From positions 21,277 to 73,604 of the forward strand of contig JBFXGO010000003.1 of the NCBI GenBank assembly GCA_050239825.1: a DNA stretch of 52,328 bases, in the 5' to 3' direction. The notes beneath the pieces are model-generated. The model saw only the letters and a program-made list of their open reading frames with translations, was not told the DNA's origin and made no database searches. The first letter of the stretch is position 1. The number at the start of each line of letters is the position of its first letter. Positions 26,556 to 35,992 of this stretch are shown here, piece by piece. Source of the stretch: a bacterium. GTDB lineage: Bacteria; Hydrothermota; 32-111. A program made the position numbers and the translations under genes.

Positions 26556-27428
26556 ATGAATATCCTTAGCAGACTAATACGCAAACTTTATGTAGCTACA
26601 ATAGGGAAATTAATAACAAGGAGAGAAAAATCACGCCTTCAAAGTGAAGATGATGAGGTTCTAAAGTCGCTTGCAAATGTCCTCGATGCTGTCATGCAAA
26701 ATAGGTATTCCTATGAAGAAAAAGATTGGATTGAGAAAATTGAAACGCTAAGAAATAACCTAAACACATCCTCCATTAGGATATCAATAACAGATTATGG
26801 AGCAGGATCCCAGGATCTCAACTTGACAGCAGAGGAGATGTCTCAAGGGAGAGTTGTGGTCAGAACTATTGGAGAAGTTTGTCAAAGTGCCTCGAAACCA
26901 TATAAATGGGATTTTCTGTTGTTCAAGTTGGTAAGAGTGTTCCGTCCTTCAGTTTGTCTAGAGTTGGGAACTGCTTTAGGCATTTCAGCTGCATACCAAG
27001 CAGCAGCTTGTGAACTGAACCGCCATGGGAGAATCGTGACCTTAGACGGTGCGGAATCCCTAGTTTCATTAGCTAGGGAAAATTTTGAAAGGCTTGGTAT
27101 TGAAAGGGGCGATGTAGTTCTTGGTCGATTTCAGGATACATTACAAGACGTTTTAGATGAAAATGCACCCATTGATTTTGTTTTCATTGATGGACATCAT
27201 GATGAAAATGCGACTTTGACCTATTTTAGACAGATATTGCCGCACTTGTCAGATGGTGCGATTCTCATCTTTGACGATATCTCTTGGTCCCGTGGAATGG
27301 AAAGGGCTTGGAATACCATACAAAAGGATAGAAATTTAAAAGTCTCAGTAGATTTGTTCAGCGTTGGTGTCTGTTTTTTTACAAAGTCAACGGTAGAAAA
27401 AAAGAAGTATTTCAAGATAGCAATCTAA
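26556..27428 (+). CDS. Class I SAM-dependent methyltransferase (cassette gene)
   Basis: LELGTALGIS, DFVFIDGHH, IFDDISWS; RBS GGAGGA; flanked by complementary core sites. Confidence 0.85.
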   Translation: MNILSRLIRKLYVATIGKLITRREKSRLQSEDDEVLKSLANVLDAVMQNRYSYEEKDWIEKIETLRNNLNTSSIRISITDYGAGSQDLNLTAEEMSQGRVVVRTIGEVCQSASKPYKWDFLLFKLVRVFRPSVCLELGTALGISAAYQAAACELNRHGRIVTLDGAESLVSLARENFERLGIERGDVVLGRFQDTLQDVLDENAPIDFVFIDGHHDENATLTYFRQILPHLSDGAILIFDDISWSRGMERAWNTIQKDRNLKVSVDLFSVGVCFFTKSTVEKKKYFKIAI

Positions 27429-27434
27429 GAAATG

Positions 27435-27530
27435 ACCAAACGGCGTATAACAGACGCATATCTGGCTACGGGCTAACGCCCTTCGCCCAAATTGCCTTTG
27501 GCAACTTCTTTTATTCGCAAAACGTTATAT
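27435..27530 (+). other. attC-like cassette recombination site
   Basis: ACCAAACGGCGTATAAC is complementary to the cassette start GTTATACGCCATTTGGT at 16/17 positions; internal hairpins; ends AAAACG|TTATATG (GTT at 27524). Confidence 0.7.
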
Positions 27531-27574
27531 GAAATTGGGAGCAAAGAATTTAAAGGACAAAGCCTAATAAAAAT

Positions 27575-27838
27575 GTGGATATTATGATAATAACAATACA
27601 AATCCTAATTTACCTTTGCATAGGACTTTTCGCAGGTTTTATGAGCGGTATGTTTGGAATTGACGGAGGAACTGTAAGAATACCTTTGCTTAATCTTGCA
27701 GGTTTGCCTTTATTAAGTGCCTTCGGAATTAATTTTTTTGTTATCCCTTTTTCATCATTAGTAGGTGCAATGAGTCAGAGAAAGAATATCGCGAAAAAGG
27801 TAGTAACTTATGCGATTGGCGGAGGTAATATAATTTAG
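27575..27838 (+). pseudogene. TSUP (TauE/SafE) transporter N-terminal fragment; second cassette, truncated
   Basis: GLFAGFMSGMFGIDGG...IP motif; ends at IS256-like sequence. Confidence 0.7.
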
Positions 27839-27839
27839 C

Positions 27840-28260
27840 AATGATTTTAGGGTAACCGTTTTTCCGTAAACATCTTTTCTGCCGTTGAAGTCCATACCAA
27901 TTGCCGTAAAAGTGCTTGTATTTTTTACTTCTCCGTCATATCCCACAGGTGATTCATAAGCGTCTATATAGAGTGCTATAAGATCGTGGGGTATCGGCCG
28001 CTTATTCTATATATCTATCCGCTCATCAATGTCTCTCTTGTATCTATCCGGCAAAACCTGCGAACGAAACTCTCCTGTCCGAGTTCTCGGAGATGACAAT
28101 GAAAGTTTTCCAAGAGGTGTTCCAAGTCCCCGCTCAATATACCCATTAGCATAATCATCATTACTTGACAGATATATCTCTCGCTCACTCTTCATTATTC
28201 GGTTCAATATCTCCTCCAATAACAACCGCAAAGAACTGTTGCTTAATTCATTAATGTCAG
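27840..28260 (-). mobile_element. IS256-family transposase remnant
   Basis: RLLLEEILNRIMKSEREIYL...YANGYIERGLGTPLGKLSLSSPRTRTGEF and DGEVKNTSTFTAIGMDFNGRKDVYG, in broken frames. Confidence 0.75.
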
Positions 28261-28349
28261 CTATTTGTCAGGGATGGGAGAAAGCCGTGAGCCGATAGTA
28301 AAAACCCTTGAGCCGTGCGCCGTGAGCCTTGAGCTTGGGGAAAGTACTT

Positions 28350-28566
28350 GTACTGTCCCCACAATCAAGAACCAATACATAATATGGAATACAAATACAG
28401 AAGCAACATTAACAGTTTACGACATATCAGGCAGAGAGGTAATCAGAGAGGAATCAGAGACAATAGGCGAACACAAAACAGACATCAGAGCATTAAAGAA
28501 TGTGATATACTTTATAAAACTCAGTACAATCAATCAATCATAGAAAAAATGGTTAGGATAAAATAG
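28350..28566 (+). pseudogene. Orphan T9SS-like C-terminal sorting domain fragment
   Basis: TLTVYDISGREV...VIYFIKL, then after a frameshift in an (AATC)n run EKMVRIK*; similar to the tail of 45414-49496. Confidence 0.6.
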
Positions 28567-28642
28567 CATTGAGCATCCGATGATTTGAATGGTTTAAGCT
28601 TTTCCTCTTGATTATATCCATCAATGCAATATAATAATCCTA

Positions 28643-29686
28643 ATGAGCAAAGTATATTTTATTGATTTTGCAAAGACTCCGATGAATCTCGAACTTCTCA
28701 AGAAACCGCTGTTAAAAGCCGGAGCTGAAAAAATTGTTTCAAAATCTTCACTTATTGCCTTAAAAATGCATTTTGGAGAGATGGGCAACACCGCATATAT
28801 AAAACCCGCATACATTAATTACATCTGCAGTTTCATCCAGAATCTCGGGGGAAAGCCCTTTATCACAGATTCAAATACGCTCTACAAAGGAATGCGCTCC
28901 AATTCAGTGGACCACCTCAACAATGCCTTCTTTAACGGATTCGGAAGTTTTCCCATTATAATCGCAGACGGTATGAGGGGAGAGAGCTTTGTAGAAACAG
29001 GATCGAAAGGAGAGATATTCAAGAAACTCTACATAGCATCCGATATCTACTACTCGGATGCGATATTCTGCGTCAGCCATTTTAAAGGGCATGAACTTAC
29101 CGGATTCGGAGGCGCAATAAAGAATATGGGAATGGGCTGTGCCGCGAAGAAGGGAAAACTTGCGATGCATTCAAACATTGGACCGACTATAAGCAGAGAA
29201 AAATGTATAGGGTGTATGGAGTGCGTTTCCTGGTGCGCTTCTGATGCAATTGAGAGGTCTGAAAAAAAAGCGTATATAAATCCGAAAAAGTGCATCGGAT
29301 GTGGTCTCTGTATCGATATATGCAAACAGAGAGCAATTAGGATTAACTGGACATCCGAGAGTTCCGAAATGCAAAAGAAAATGGCGGAGTATGCCTCCGG
29401 AGCAATAAAAAAGAATAAAACCCTGTATATCAATATTGTAAATGATGTCTCTCCTGCATGCGATTGCTACTCATACAATGGCCCGTATCTTGTTGATGAT
29501 ATTGGTGTGCTCATTTCCGACGACATTGTTGCAATAGACAACGCATCATATGAGCTGATAAATCAGAGGGCTGGGAAAAATGTATTCAAAACAGCGCACA
29601 GGAATGTCAATCCGGAGGTGCAGCTTGAATATGCTGAAAAAATCGGATTAGGAAAGAGGAAATACAAGCTTGTTTTTGTTTCATGA
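28643..29686 (+). CDS. DUF362 domain protein with 2x[4Fe-4S] domain
   Basis: KMHFGEMGN, TDSNTLY, IIADG, SHFKGH...GGAIKNMGMG, two CxxCxxCxxxC motifs, SPACDC. Confidence 0.88.
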   Translation: MSKVYFIDFAKTPMNLELLKKPLLKAGAEKIVSKSSLIALKMHFGEMGNTAYIKPAYINYICSFIQNLGGKPFITDSNTLYKGMRSNSVDHLNNAFFNGFGSFPIIIADGMRGESFVETGSKGEIFKKLYIASDIYYSDAIFCVSHFKGHELTGFGGAIKNMGMGCAAKKGKLAMHSNIGPTISREKCIGCMECVSWCASDAIERSEKKAYINPKKCIGCGLCIDICKQRAIRINWTSESSEMQKKMAEYASGAIKKNKTLYINIVNDVSPACDCYSYNGPYLVDDIGVLISDDIVAIDNASYELINQRAGKNVFKTAHRNVNPEVQLEYAEKIGLGKRKYKLVFVS

Positions 29687-29698
29687 CAGAAATTCAAA

Positions 29699-31732
29699 AT
29701 GAACAAATTCCCAGTACTCTTATTCATACTGCTGATGTCACTTATTATATTTCCTTATGATGAAGGAATGTTTGACTCCTCGACTGAGATTGATTCATTC
29801 ATCATGGATAAGAATATAAAGGATGCAGTTAGTGTAAAAGATTTTATTTCAGAGGCGAGATTTTTCAATACTTTTATGGAGAATCTTAATGAATCATACT
29901 CTCTCTATGCATCTGACGCTCCTAAAAGTAAAATCAGATCTTTATACGAGAGTGGGAACTTTGAAGAAGCAGTTCGTTGCATTTCTGAAAACTATGTCGA
30001 ATCATTCATCAAATCTCTTGCATTTGCAAAACTTGGTCTATGGCAGGAAGCAATAGCAGAACTTGATAAAACAAGCAGATTAAAGGTTGTTGAGGTGGAT
30101 TCAATCTGCTCAATAGTAAGGGCGGCTTGTTACTTCGGTTTAAAAGAATATGACTCTGCTTTTTTATCAGTCAAGGATTATAACGATGATTATTCATCTC
30201 TAATAAAAGCGCTGATTTATAAATCAAAACATCTTGATGACTCTTTGATAAAGACTCTTTTGTCGGTTGAGAGCGAGAGAATAGAACCGGAAAGGTCATA
30301 TCTTCTTTTAAATGCATACTACAGGAAAAAAGATTATTCAAACACTATAGCTATGATTGAGAGATTTGAAATTAAATTTCCTTATTTCACCGAAATCATA
30401 GAGTTAAAATACATTAAGGGTCAGATACTATACAAAAGAGGATACTTCAAGCGGTCTATAATGGCTATGCAGGATGTGATTCTTGGAAGCGATTCAAACA
30501 GCACAATAGTGGGAAATGCCTATTACATTATAGGCAAAAATTATTTCATGCTCGGGGATTATGACAAGATGGAGGAGTATCTCTATTTCGTCAAACTTGA
30601 CGCTTCCCGGTCGGATTTCAAGAAGAATGCGGAATTTCTCGACGGCAAAGGATTCTTTCTTAAGAAAGATTACAGGAAAGCGGCTGAGAAGCTGACACTC
30701 TTCATAGAAAAATATCCTGAGGACGAACTGACTCAATATGCCCTTCAGCTTTTATCTCAGGCTCACTTCTATCTCAAGAATTACAAAAAATCATCAGAGT
30801 TTATGGATCGTCTTAAATCAGCATCTTTTTTTGCAGACAAGCTGGTGATGATGAAATATTTTATTGATTACAAAAACAAGATATATCCCGACAGTATTTC
30901 CGCATACCTTTCTTTCTTGTCTAAAGAGATACAGAATCCTATGAGGAGAGAAGCTTATGAACTGATAATAAAAGAGTCATCCTCCGATTCTCTCAAAATA
31001 TGGTCATTTGAAAATCTCAACAGAGAGTTTCCGGAAAGCGAGAACCTTTATGTTTATGCTGTTTCATTGTGTCCTCTTATTATTGATAAATGCTCATCCG
31101 AGCATATAATGAAATTGCTGGACAATTTGCGAAAATACAGAGAGGAGAAATTTGAAGAAGTAATGCTTCTTTATTTAAGAGAATTATACGGGAATCACTG
31201 TTATTCATTTATTGTTGAGATCTATTCAAAATATTCCAGAGACATCAAGAACGGAAAAAAGGAAGCATCCTATCTTACAGCTCTCTCCCTAAATGAAATG
31301 AAAAATACTGACGGGGCTCTTTTCATGCTTGAAGCTCTCTCAACCGGTGAAGGGGAGTATGCAGACAGTTCGGCTTTAATGAGAGCGAGGATCTATTATG
31401 AAATTCATGATGCTTCTTTCCTGAAAGATTACATTGAACAAATTAAAGAAACAAAGAATCCGTTTGTAGAGGGGGAGCTTTACAGAATATACGGACGGAA
31501 GCTTTTTGTTCAAAAGAGGTACAGTGAAGCCAGAGATGCATTTCTGATGTCCGCTGAATTATTCAAGGACAACAGAAATATGGCGGCTCTTGCGCTTCTT
31601 GAATGTTCCGATGCATCCAGAGAGCTGGGAGAATTGAATGAGTCCGTAATATTCGCCGAAAAAGCCCTGCTTCTGGCAACTGACATAGAGATTCAGAATA
31701 AAATAAAACTGCACATGGAAAACTTAAAATGA
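29699..31732 (+). CDS. Exported tetratricopeptide-repeat protein
   Basis: Signal-like N-terminus; TPR-like helices (AYYIIGKNYF, KAAEKLTLFIEKYP). Confidence 0.65.
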   Translation: MNKFPVLLFILLMSLIIFPYDEGMFDSSTEIDSFIMDKNIKDAVSVKDFISEARFFNTFMENLNESYSLYASDAPKSKIRSLYESGNFEEAVRCISENYVESFIKSLAFAKLGLWQEAIAELDKTSRLKVVEVDSICSIVRAACYFGLKEYDSAFLSVKDYNDDYSSLIKALIYKSKHLDDSLIKTLLSVESERIEPERSYLLLNAYYRKKDYSNTIAMIERFEIKFPYFTEIIELKYIKGQILYKRGYFKRSIMAMQDVILGSDSNSTIVGNAYYIIGKNYFMLGDYDKMEEYLYFVKLDASRSDFKKNAEFLDGKGFFLKKDYRKAAEKLTLFIEKYPEDELTQYALQLLSQAHFYLKNYKKSSEFMDRLKSASFFADKLVMMKYFIDYKNKIYPDSISAYLSFLSKEIQNPMRREAYELIIKESSSDSLKIWSFENLNREFPESENLYVYAVSLCPLIIDKCSSEHIMKLLDNLRKYREEKFEEVMLLYLRELYGNHCYSFIVEIYSKYSRDIKNGKKEASYLTALSLNEMKNTDGALFMLEALSTGEGEYADSSALMRARIYYEIHDASFLKDYIEQIKETKNPFVEGELYRIYGRKLFVQKRYSEARDAFLMSAELFKDNRNMAALALLECSDASRELGELNESVIFAEKALLLATDIEIQNKIKLHMENLK

Positions 31733-33000
31733 AAAAAATATTGCCGATATCGTTGGGATGCGTCAAAAATCAGGTTGACTTAGAGTATCTACTCGGCAGA
31801 TTAAGCAGTGAGGGCTACTCTTTCTCAAATGATTTTAAGGAGTGTGATTATATACTAATCAACACATGCTCTTTCATAGAGGATGCTAGAATCGAGACGG
31901 AAGAGCTTATTGAAAGACATATCAATAGCGGAAAACTCATAGTCACAGGTTGCTACCCTCAGCTTGAGAATAAATCATTTAATGACAAATACAGAGATGT
32001 CAAATGGGTTCTCGGCACCGAACCTCATATAAATGCTTCTAAGCTTGTGAAATCACTGGAAGCAGAGACGCCGCTGTTTCTACTGAATCCCAACAAGAGT
32101 GTTTATAAAGAATGCTCCCAAAGGGTTACAGTAAGCAGGTTCCATACATACATAAAGCTTTCAGAAGGCTGTTCGAGAAGATGCGCATACTGCTCAATTC
32201 CTAATATCAGGGGAGCGCTTCGTTCAAGGAGTCGAGTCGCGGTCAAACAGGAAATATCTTCACTCGCTCAAGTTGGATTTTCCGAGTTCAATCTTATCTC
32301 TGAGGATTCATCAATGTACGGAAGGGATATTTACAGGAAGTATTCGCTTTCAAATCTTGTTAAAGAGATTTCGAACGAATATGAAAATTTTTATTTCAGG
32401 CTTCTCTATGTATATCCCGATAAGAGTGTGTATGATGTTATTGAAGCTGTCGCATCAGCCAAATCTTTTGTAAAATACATAGATATACCGTTTCAACATT
32501 CATCAGAAAGACTGCTCAAAAAAATGGGGCGGAGCGGTGAAGATGTAAGAAACGTAGCTCGATTTGCAAAGGAGAGAGGACTGATTCTCCGCTCTACCGT
32601 GATGGTGGGCTTCCCGGGAGAGACTGACTCTGATTTTAAAAATCTGCTTGAATTTATAAGTGAAGGGTATGTAGACAAACTCGGTGTCTTTGTTTACTCT
32701 GATGAAAAAAATACGCCTGCATTCAAAATGAAGGAAAAGGTGCAGGAGAAAAGGAAGAGAGAGAGGTTCAACGAAGTCATCAAAACATACAGAAAGCTTG
32801 CATTTGAGAATATGAAGAAAAATGTAGGAAGCATCAAGCAAGCCGTATTTTACAGCTTCAAAGGCGAATACTATGTTGGCAGATTGATGGAGGATGCTCC
32901 GGAGATTGATTCTGCTCTTCTCTGCAAAAACAAGGTTGATTTGAACAAGGTCGTTGAAGTGAAAATCCGGGGTGTGAAGAATTACACCTACTACTCATGA
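31729..33000 (+). CDS. rimO: Ribosomal protein S12 methylthiotransferase
   Basis: SLGCVKNQVD, INTCSFI, YIKLSEGCSRRCAYCSIP, RLLYVYP, DAPEID. Confidence 0.9.
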   Translation: MKKILPISLGCVKNQVDLEYLLGRLSSEGYSFSNDFKECDYILINTCSFIEDARIETEELIERHINSGKLIVTGCYPQLENKSFNDKYRDVKWVLGTEPHINASKLVKSLEAETPLFLLNPNKSVYKECSQRVTVSRFHTYIKLSEGCSRRCAYCSIPNIRGALRSRSRVAVKQEISSLAQVGFSEFNLISEDSSMYGRDIYRKYSLSNLVKEISNEYENFYFRLLYVYPDKSVYDVIEAVASAKSFVKYIDIPFQHSSERLLKKMGRSGEDVRNVARFAKERGLILRSTVMVGFPGETDSDFKNLLEFISEGYVDKLGVFVYSDEKNTPAFKMKEKVQEKRKRERFNEVIKTYRKLAFENMKKNVGSIKQAVFYSFKGEYYVGRLMEDAPEIDSALLCKNKVDLNKVVEVKIRGVKNYTYYS

Positions 33001-33054
33001 AATCTATTGACAAAAAGACTAATTTTAACATAATAATAATATCTATGAGGATTA

Positions 33055-34887
33055 ATGGCTTTTATAAATTATGATCTTATAATAGTATCCGAAAGAAAGG
33101 ACAGGATAAAGAAGTACAAAAAGTACAATAATTCCGTTGTCAAACTCAACAACAACAGTTTCAAAATACGCATCAATCTGAAATTCAAATATTCTGAGGC
33201 ATATCTTGACGAGACTCTCTATGACGGTGTAATAATTGATACAAAGCAGTATGAGATGGATATTGTAAATACAATCCTGTTTTACAACAATCAGAGTGAA
33301 ATTTTCATATATAATAATCCCGAGAAGCCGAATATTGACCACAAAAACTGCAAATATTTCACGGAATTTGACGAACTTGACAGAGTCATTATTGAATTCT
33401 TTCATGCAAGAAGATTCAATACTCCATTTTTCAGCCAGATGAAAAAATTGGCAAGGAGCAAAAAAGAGAGATGGCACACTCCGGGTCATGTGGGAGGCGC
33501 CGGTTTTGAAAAATTCGCTTCAGTGCGCGACTTCAAGAGGTTTTACAAAAATAATATTTTTCTGACCGACACTTCAGTCTCTGACCCTTCGTTCGGGTCA
33601 CTCCTTTCACACACAGGCGCATTTAAAGAGGCTGAAAAGCTTATGTCGAATGCTTACGGCACAATTGCTTCTTTCATAAATGTGCACGGCACATCAACTT
33701 CAAATAAAATCGTGTATATGACAATTCTCAATAAAGGGGACAAAGTAATTGTCGATAGGAATATGCACAAATCGACCATCCATTCAATAATCGTTTCTGG
33801 GGCAAATCCGATTTTTTTAAAAGCGAATTATCATCCTGATTTTGGTATAATACTGCCGACCAGAAAAGAAATACTATTAAAGCAGATAGAGGAGAACAGA
33901 GACGCCAAACTTCTCTCTCTCACCGTTCCAACTTACGACGGGCTGAGATACTATCTTCCGGATATAATTGATGTTGCCCACTCTTTCAAAATGAAGGTAT
34001 TTGTGGATGAGGCTTGGGGAGCTCATATGCATTTTCACACTGATTTTTATCCTGATGCTCTTCAGTCAGGAGCCGACTATGTGGTTCAATCGACTCACAA
34101 AACAATGGGCGGCTTCTCACAGTCATCCGTTATTCATGTAAATGACAAAGATTTCAATGAAAAAAAGAAAGATTTTTATGAAAATTATATGTTTTTTTCT
34201 TCCACCTCGCCTTTCTATCCAATAGTTGCGTCAATAGATGTTTCAAGAAAGATGATGTCAATTGAGGGCAAACAGGTTCTTGAAAGATTGAAGAAGTATT
34301 ATAACATTCTTGTAGAAGAGATAGATAAAATGGAAGAGTTTAAAGTGCTGAAAAGGTCATATCTGAAAAACTATTTTACCGACATGAATGAAATTCTTAT
34401 AGATTATTCTAGAATAGTGGTCAATTTCTCGTTTGCCGGAATAACAAAAAAACAGATATGGAATTATCTTGTAAAGAATAACATCATCGTTGAAAAAATA
34501 AATTACAAGAGCTTTACTCTTCTTTTGGGAGTAGGCACAACGAGCACTATGGTCAACCATCTTTTAAGGGTGCTAAAAAACTTCAAATATGAAAAGCTTG
34601 AGACATTTGACCAAAGTCATTTTTTTCTTTGGGATGACCTTGAAGTGAAAATTCCTCCATTTGAAGCCTATCAGTCGGAAGGTGAGTGGCTTGATCTGAA
34701 AAACTGCGCGAACAGGATATCTTCAAATATGATTGTGCCATACCCTCCCGGAATACCACTTATTATTCCGGGACAGATTGTGACAACCAAGCACATTGAA
34801 AATTTAATAACATTTACTCCATCTGATGACATAGAAATTCATGGAATAGCGAAAGGCAAGATTAAAGTAGTAAAGGAAAAAAGATGA
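33055..34887 (+). CDS. Orn/Lys/Arg decarboxylase (PLP-dependent) with N-terminal extension
   Basis: WHTPGH, GTSTSN, DRNMHKS, PTYDG, DEAWGAH, QSTHK, STSPFY, PYPPGIP. Confidence 0.9.
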   Translation: MAFINYDLIIVSERKDRIKKYKKYNNSVVKLNNNSFKIRINLKFKYSEAYLDETLYDGVIIDTKQYEMDIVNTILFYNNQSEIFIYNNPEKPNIDHKNCKYFTEFDELDRVIIEFFHARRFNTPFFSQMKKLARSKKERWHTPGHVGGAGFEKFASVRDFKRFYKNNIFLTDTSVSDPSFGSLLSHTGAFKEAEKLMSNAYGTIASFINVHGTSTSNKIVYMTILNKGDKVIVDRNMHKSTIHSIIVSGANPIFLKANYHPDFGIILPTRKEILLKQIEENRDAKLLSLTVPTYDGLRYYLPDIIDVAHSFKMKVFVDEAWGAHMHFHTDFYPDALQSGADYVVQSTHKTMGGFSQSSVIHVNDKDFNEKKKDFYENYMFFSSTSPFYPIVASIDVSRKMMSIEGKQVLERLKKYYNILVEEIDKMEEFKVLKRSYLKNYFTDMNEILIDYSRIVVNFSFAGITKKQIWNYLVKNNIIVEKINYKSFTLLLGVGTTSTMVNHLLRVLKNFKYEKLETFDQSHFFLWDDLEVKIPPFEAYQSEGEWLDLKNCANRISSNMIVPYPPGIPLIIPGQIVTTKHIENLITFTPSDDIEIHGIAKGKIKVVKEKR

Positions 34888-35144
34888 ACAAAAAAGAAAT
34901 TTTAAGAGAGCTTGAAGAGGCGCTGCAGAATGTAGGCGTAACCGTCAAATATGAGACCATATCAGGAGACGGTGGATACTGCAAATATAAGGATAAGGAG
35001 TTTGTCATACTTAACAAAGTGCTTCCCGTATCATCAAGGGTGGCTCTTCTTAAGGGAGTATTGAACGAACTTCTGCAGAAAAAAGAGGATGTATTTGTAA
35101 AACCGGTTCTCAGAGAGTTTTTGGAAGAGGGCAAAGATGCTTAA
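34884..35144 (+). CDS. Hypothetical protein
   Basis: 86-aa ORF overlapping both neighbours; GGYC motif. Confidence 0.65.
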   Translation: MNKKEILRELEEALQNVGVTVKYETISGDGGYCKYKDKEFVILNKVLPVSSRVALLKGVLNELLQKKEDVFVKPVLREFLEEGKDA

Positions 35145-35919
35145 GATTTTAGAGGATTTTTTCATAAACAGAAAGCTGTCCACACTAAAAAAAACAAATA
35201 AGACCTTAAATATTCAAAAGAATCTCGAGAATCCTGCAAGAATCCTCGTAATGTACAATGAAAATCTGCGGGCGTCAAAAGATGTTTTCTCGGTAAGTGA
35301 GACCCTGAAAGCAAGGTACCCTCAAGCGAAGGTTGAATTTCTGTTTTTCAGGTTCCATTCTTTTTACAGAGAAATTTTTTCTGTATGCGGAATTTTTATC
35401 GACATTCCTTCCTTAAGGCATTTTACTGAACTTGAGGAATTAAAGAAACATATAACTCAACACGGTCATTATGACATGCTTTTTGATATGTCCACGTTTG
35501 ATATTCGTATGAGGAAAATGGTGGTGCGCACAATAAACCCGGGAATCTCAATAGCATTGTTTGAAAATAATGCAGAAGAAGATTACAATATTCTTCTTAA
35601 AAATTCAAAACCTGACTGGATGTCCATCTATGAGACTCTCAACTACAAACTTGTAGAATCAACTTTTAAGGATAATCTTGCAGCCATAAAAGAGAAAAAT
35701 AAACCGGGGGAATTTGAAATTGTGATTCTTGGATCATCAAGAAGAATGAAGAATGAAATGAAAAAGGCTTTTAAAGAGCGGAAGAAGTTCCTCCTTGTGG
35801 AAAATCTCTCAAAGCAGTTAGATTTTTTCTCTTTCATGAGCATTAGAAATTGCAAAAACATAAAAAATGATTCCTCTCTTGATGAAGATATTAGATTCAT
35901 AAAGGGCATTGAAGTGTAA
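35137..35919 (+). CDS. Hypothetical protein
   Basis: 260-aa ORF coupled to the upstream gene; no confident family. Confidence 0.6.
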   Translation: MLKILEDFFINRKLSTLKKTNKTLNIQKNLENPARILVMYNENLRASKDVFSVSETLKARYPQAKVEFLFFRFHSFYREIFSVCGIFIDIPSLRHFTELEELKKHITQHGHYDMLFDMSTFDIRMRKMVVRTINPGISIALFENNAEEDYNILLKNSKPDWMSIYETLNYKLVESTFKDNLAAIKEKNKPGEFEIVILGSSRRMKNEMKKAFKERKKFLLVENLSKQLDFFSFMSIRNCKNIKNDSSLDEDIRFIKGIEV

Positions 35920-35992
35920 GAAACATATTGATTTATTCCCGGAAATTAGTAAAATATCTTAGCTGTTTTATAACTTTTAGGAGGCTATCTTT

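Noticed and set aside
28283..28338. Degenerate heptamer run (GAGCCGT/GAGCCTT)
   Set aside because: Only a few imperfect units at a junction of pseudogenes; too weak to assign a function.
25340..28570. Intact integrative element at tRNA-Leu
   Set aside because: No repeat of the tRNA-Leu 3' end found downstream and no complete integrase; only remnants.
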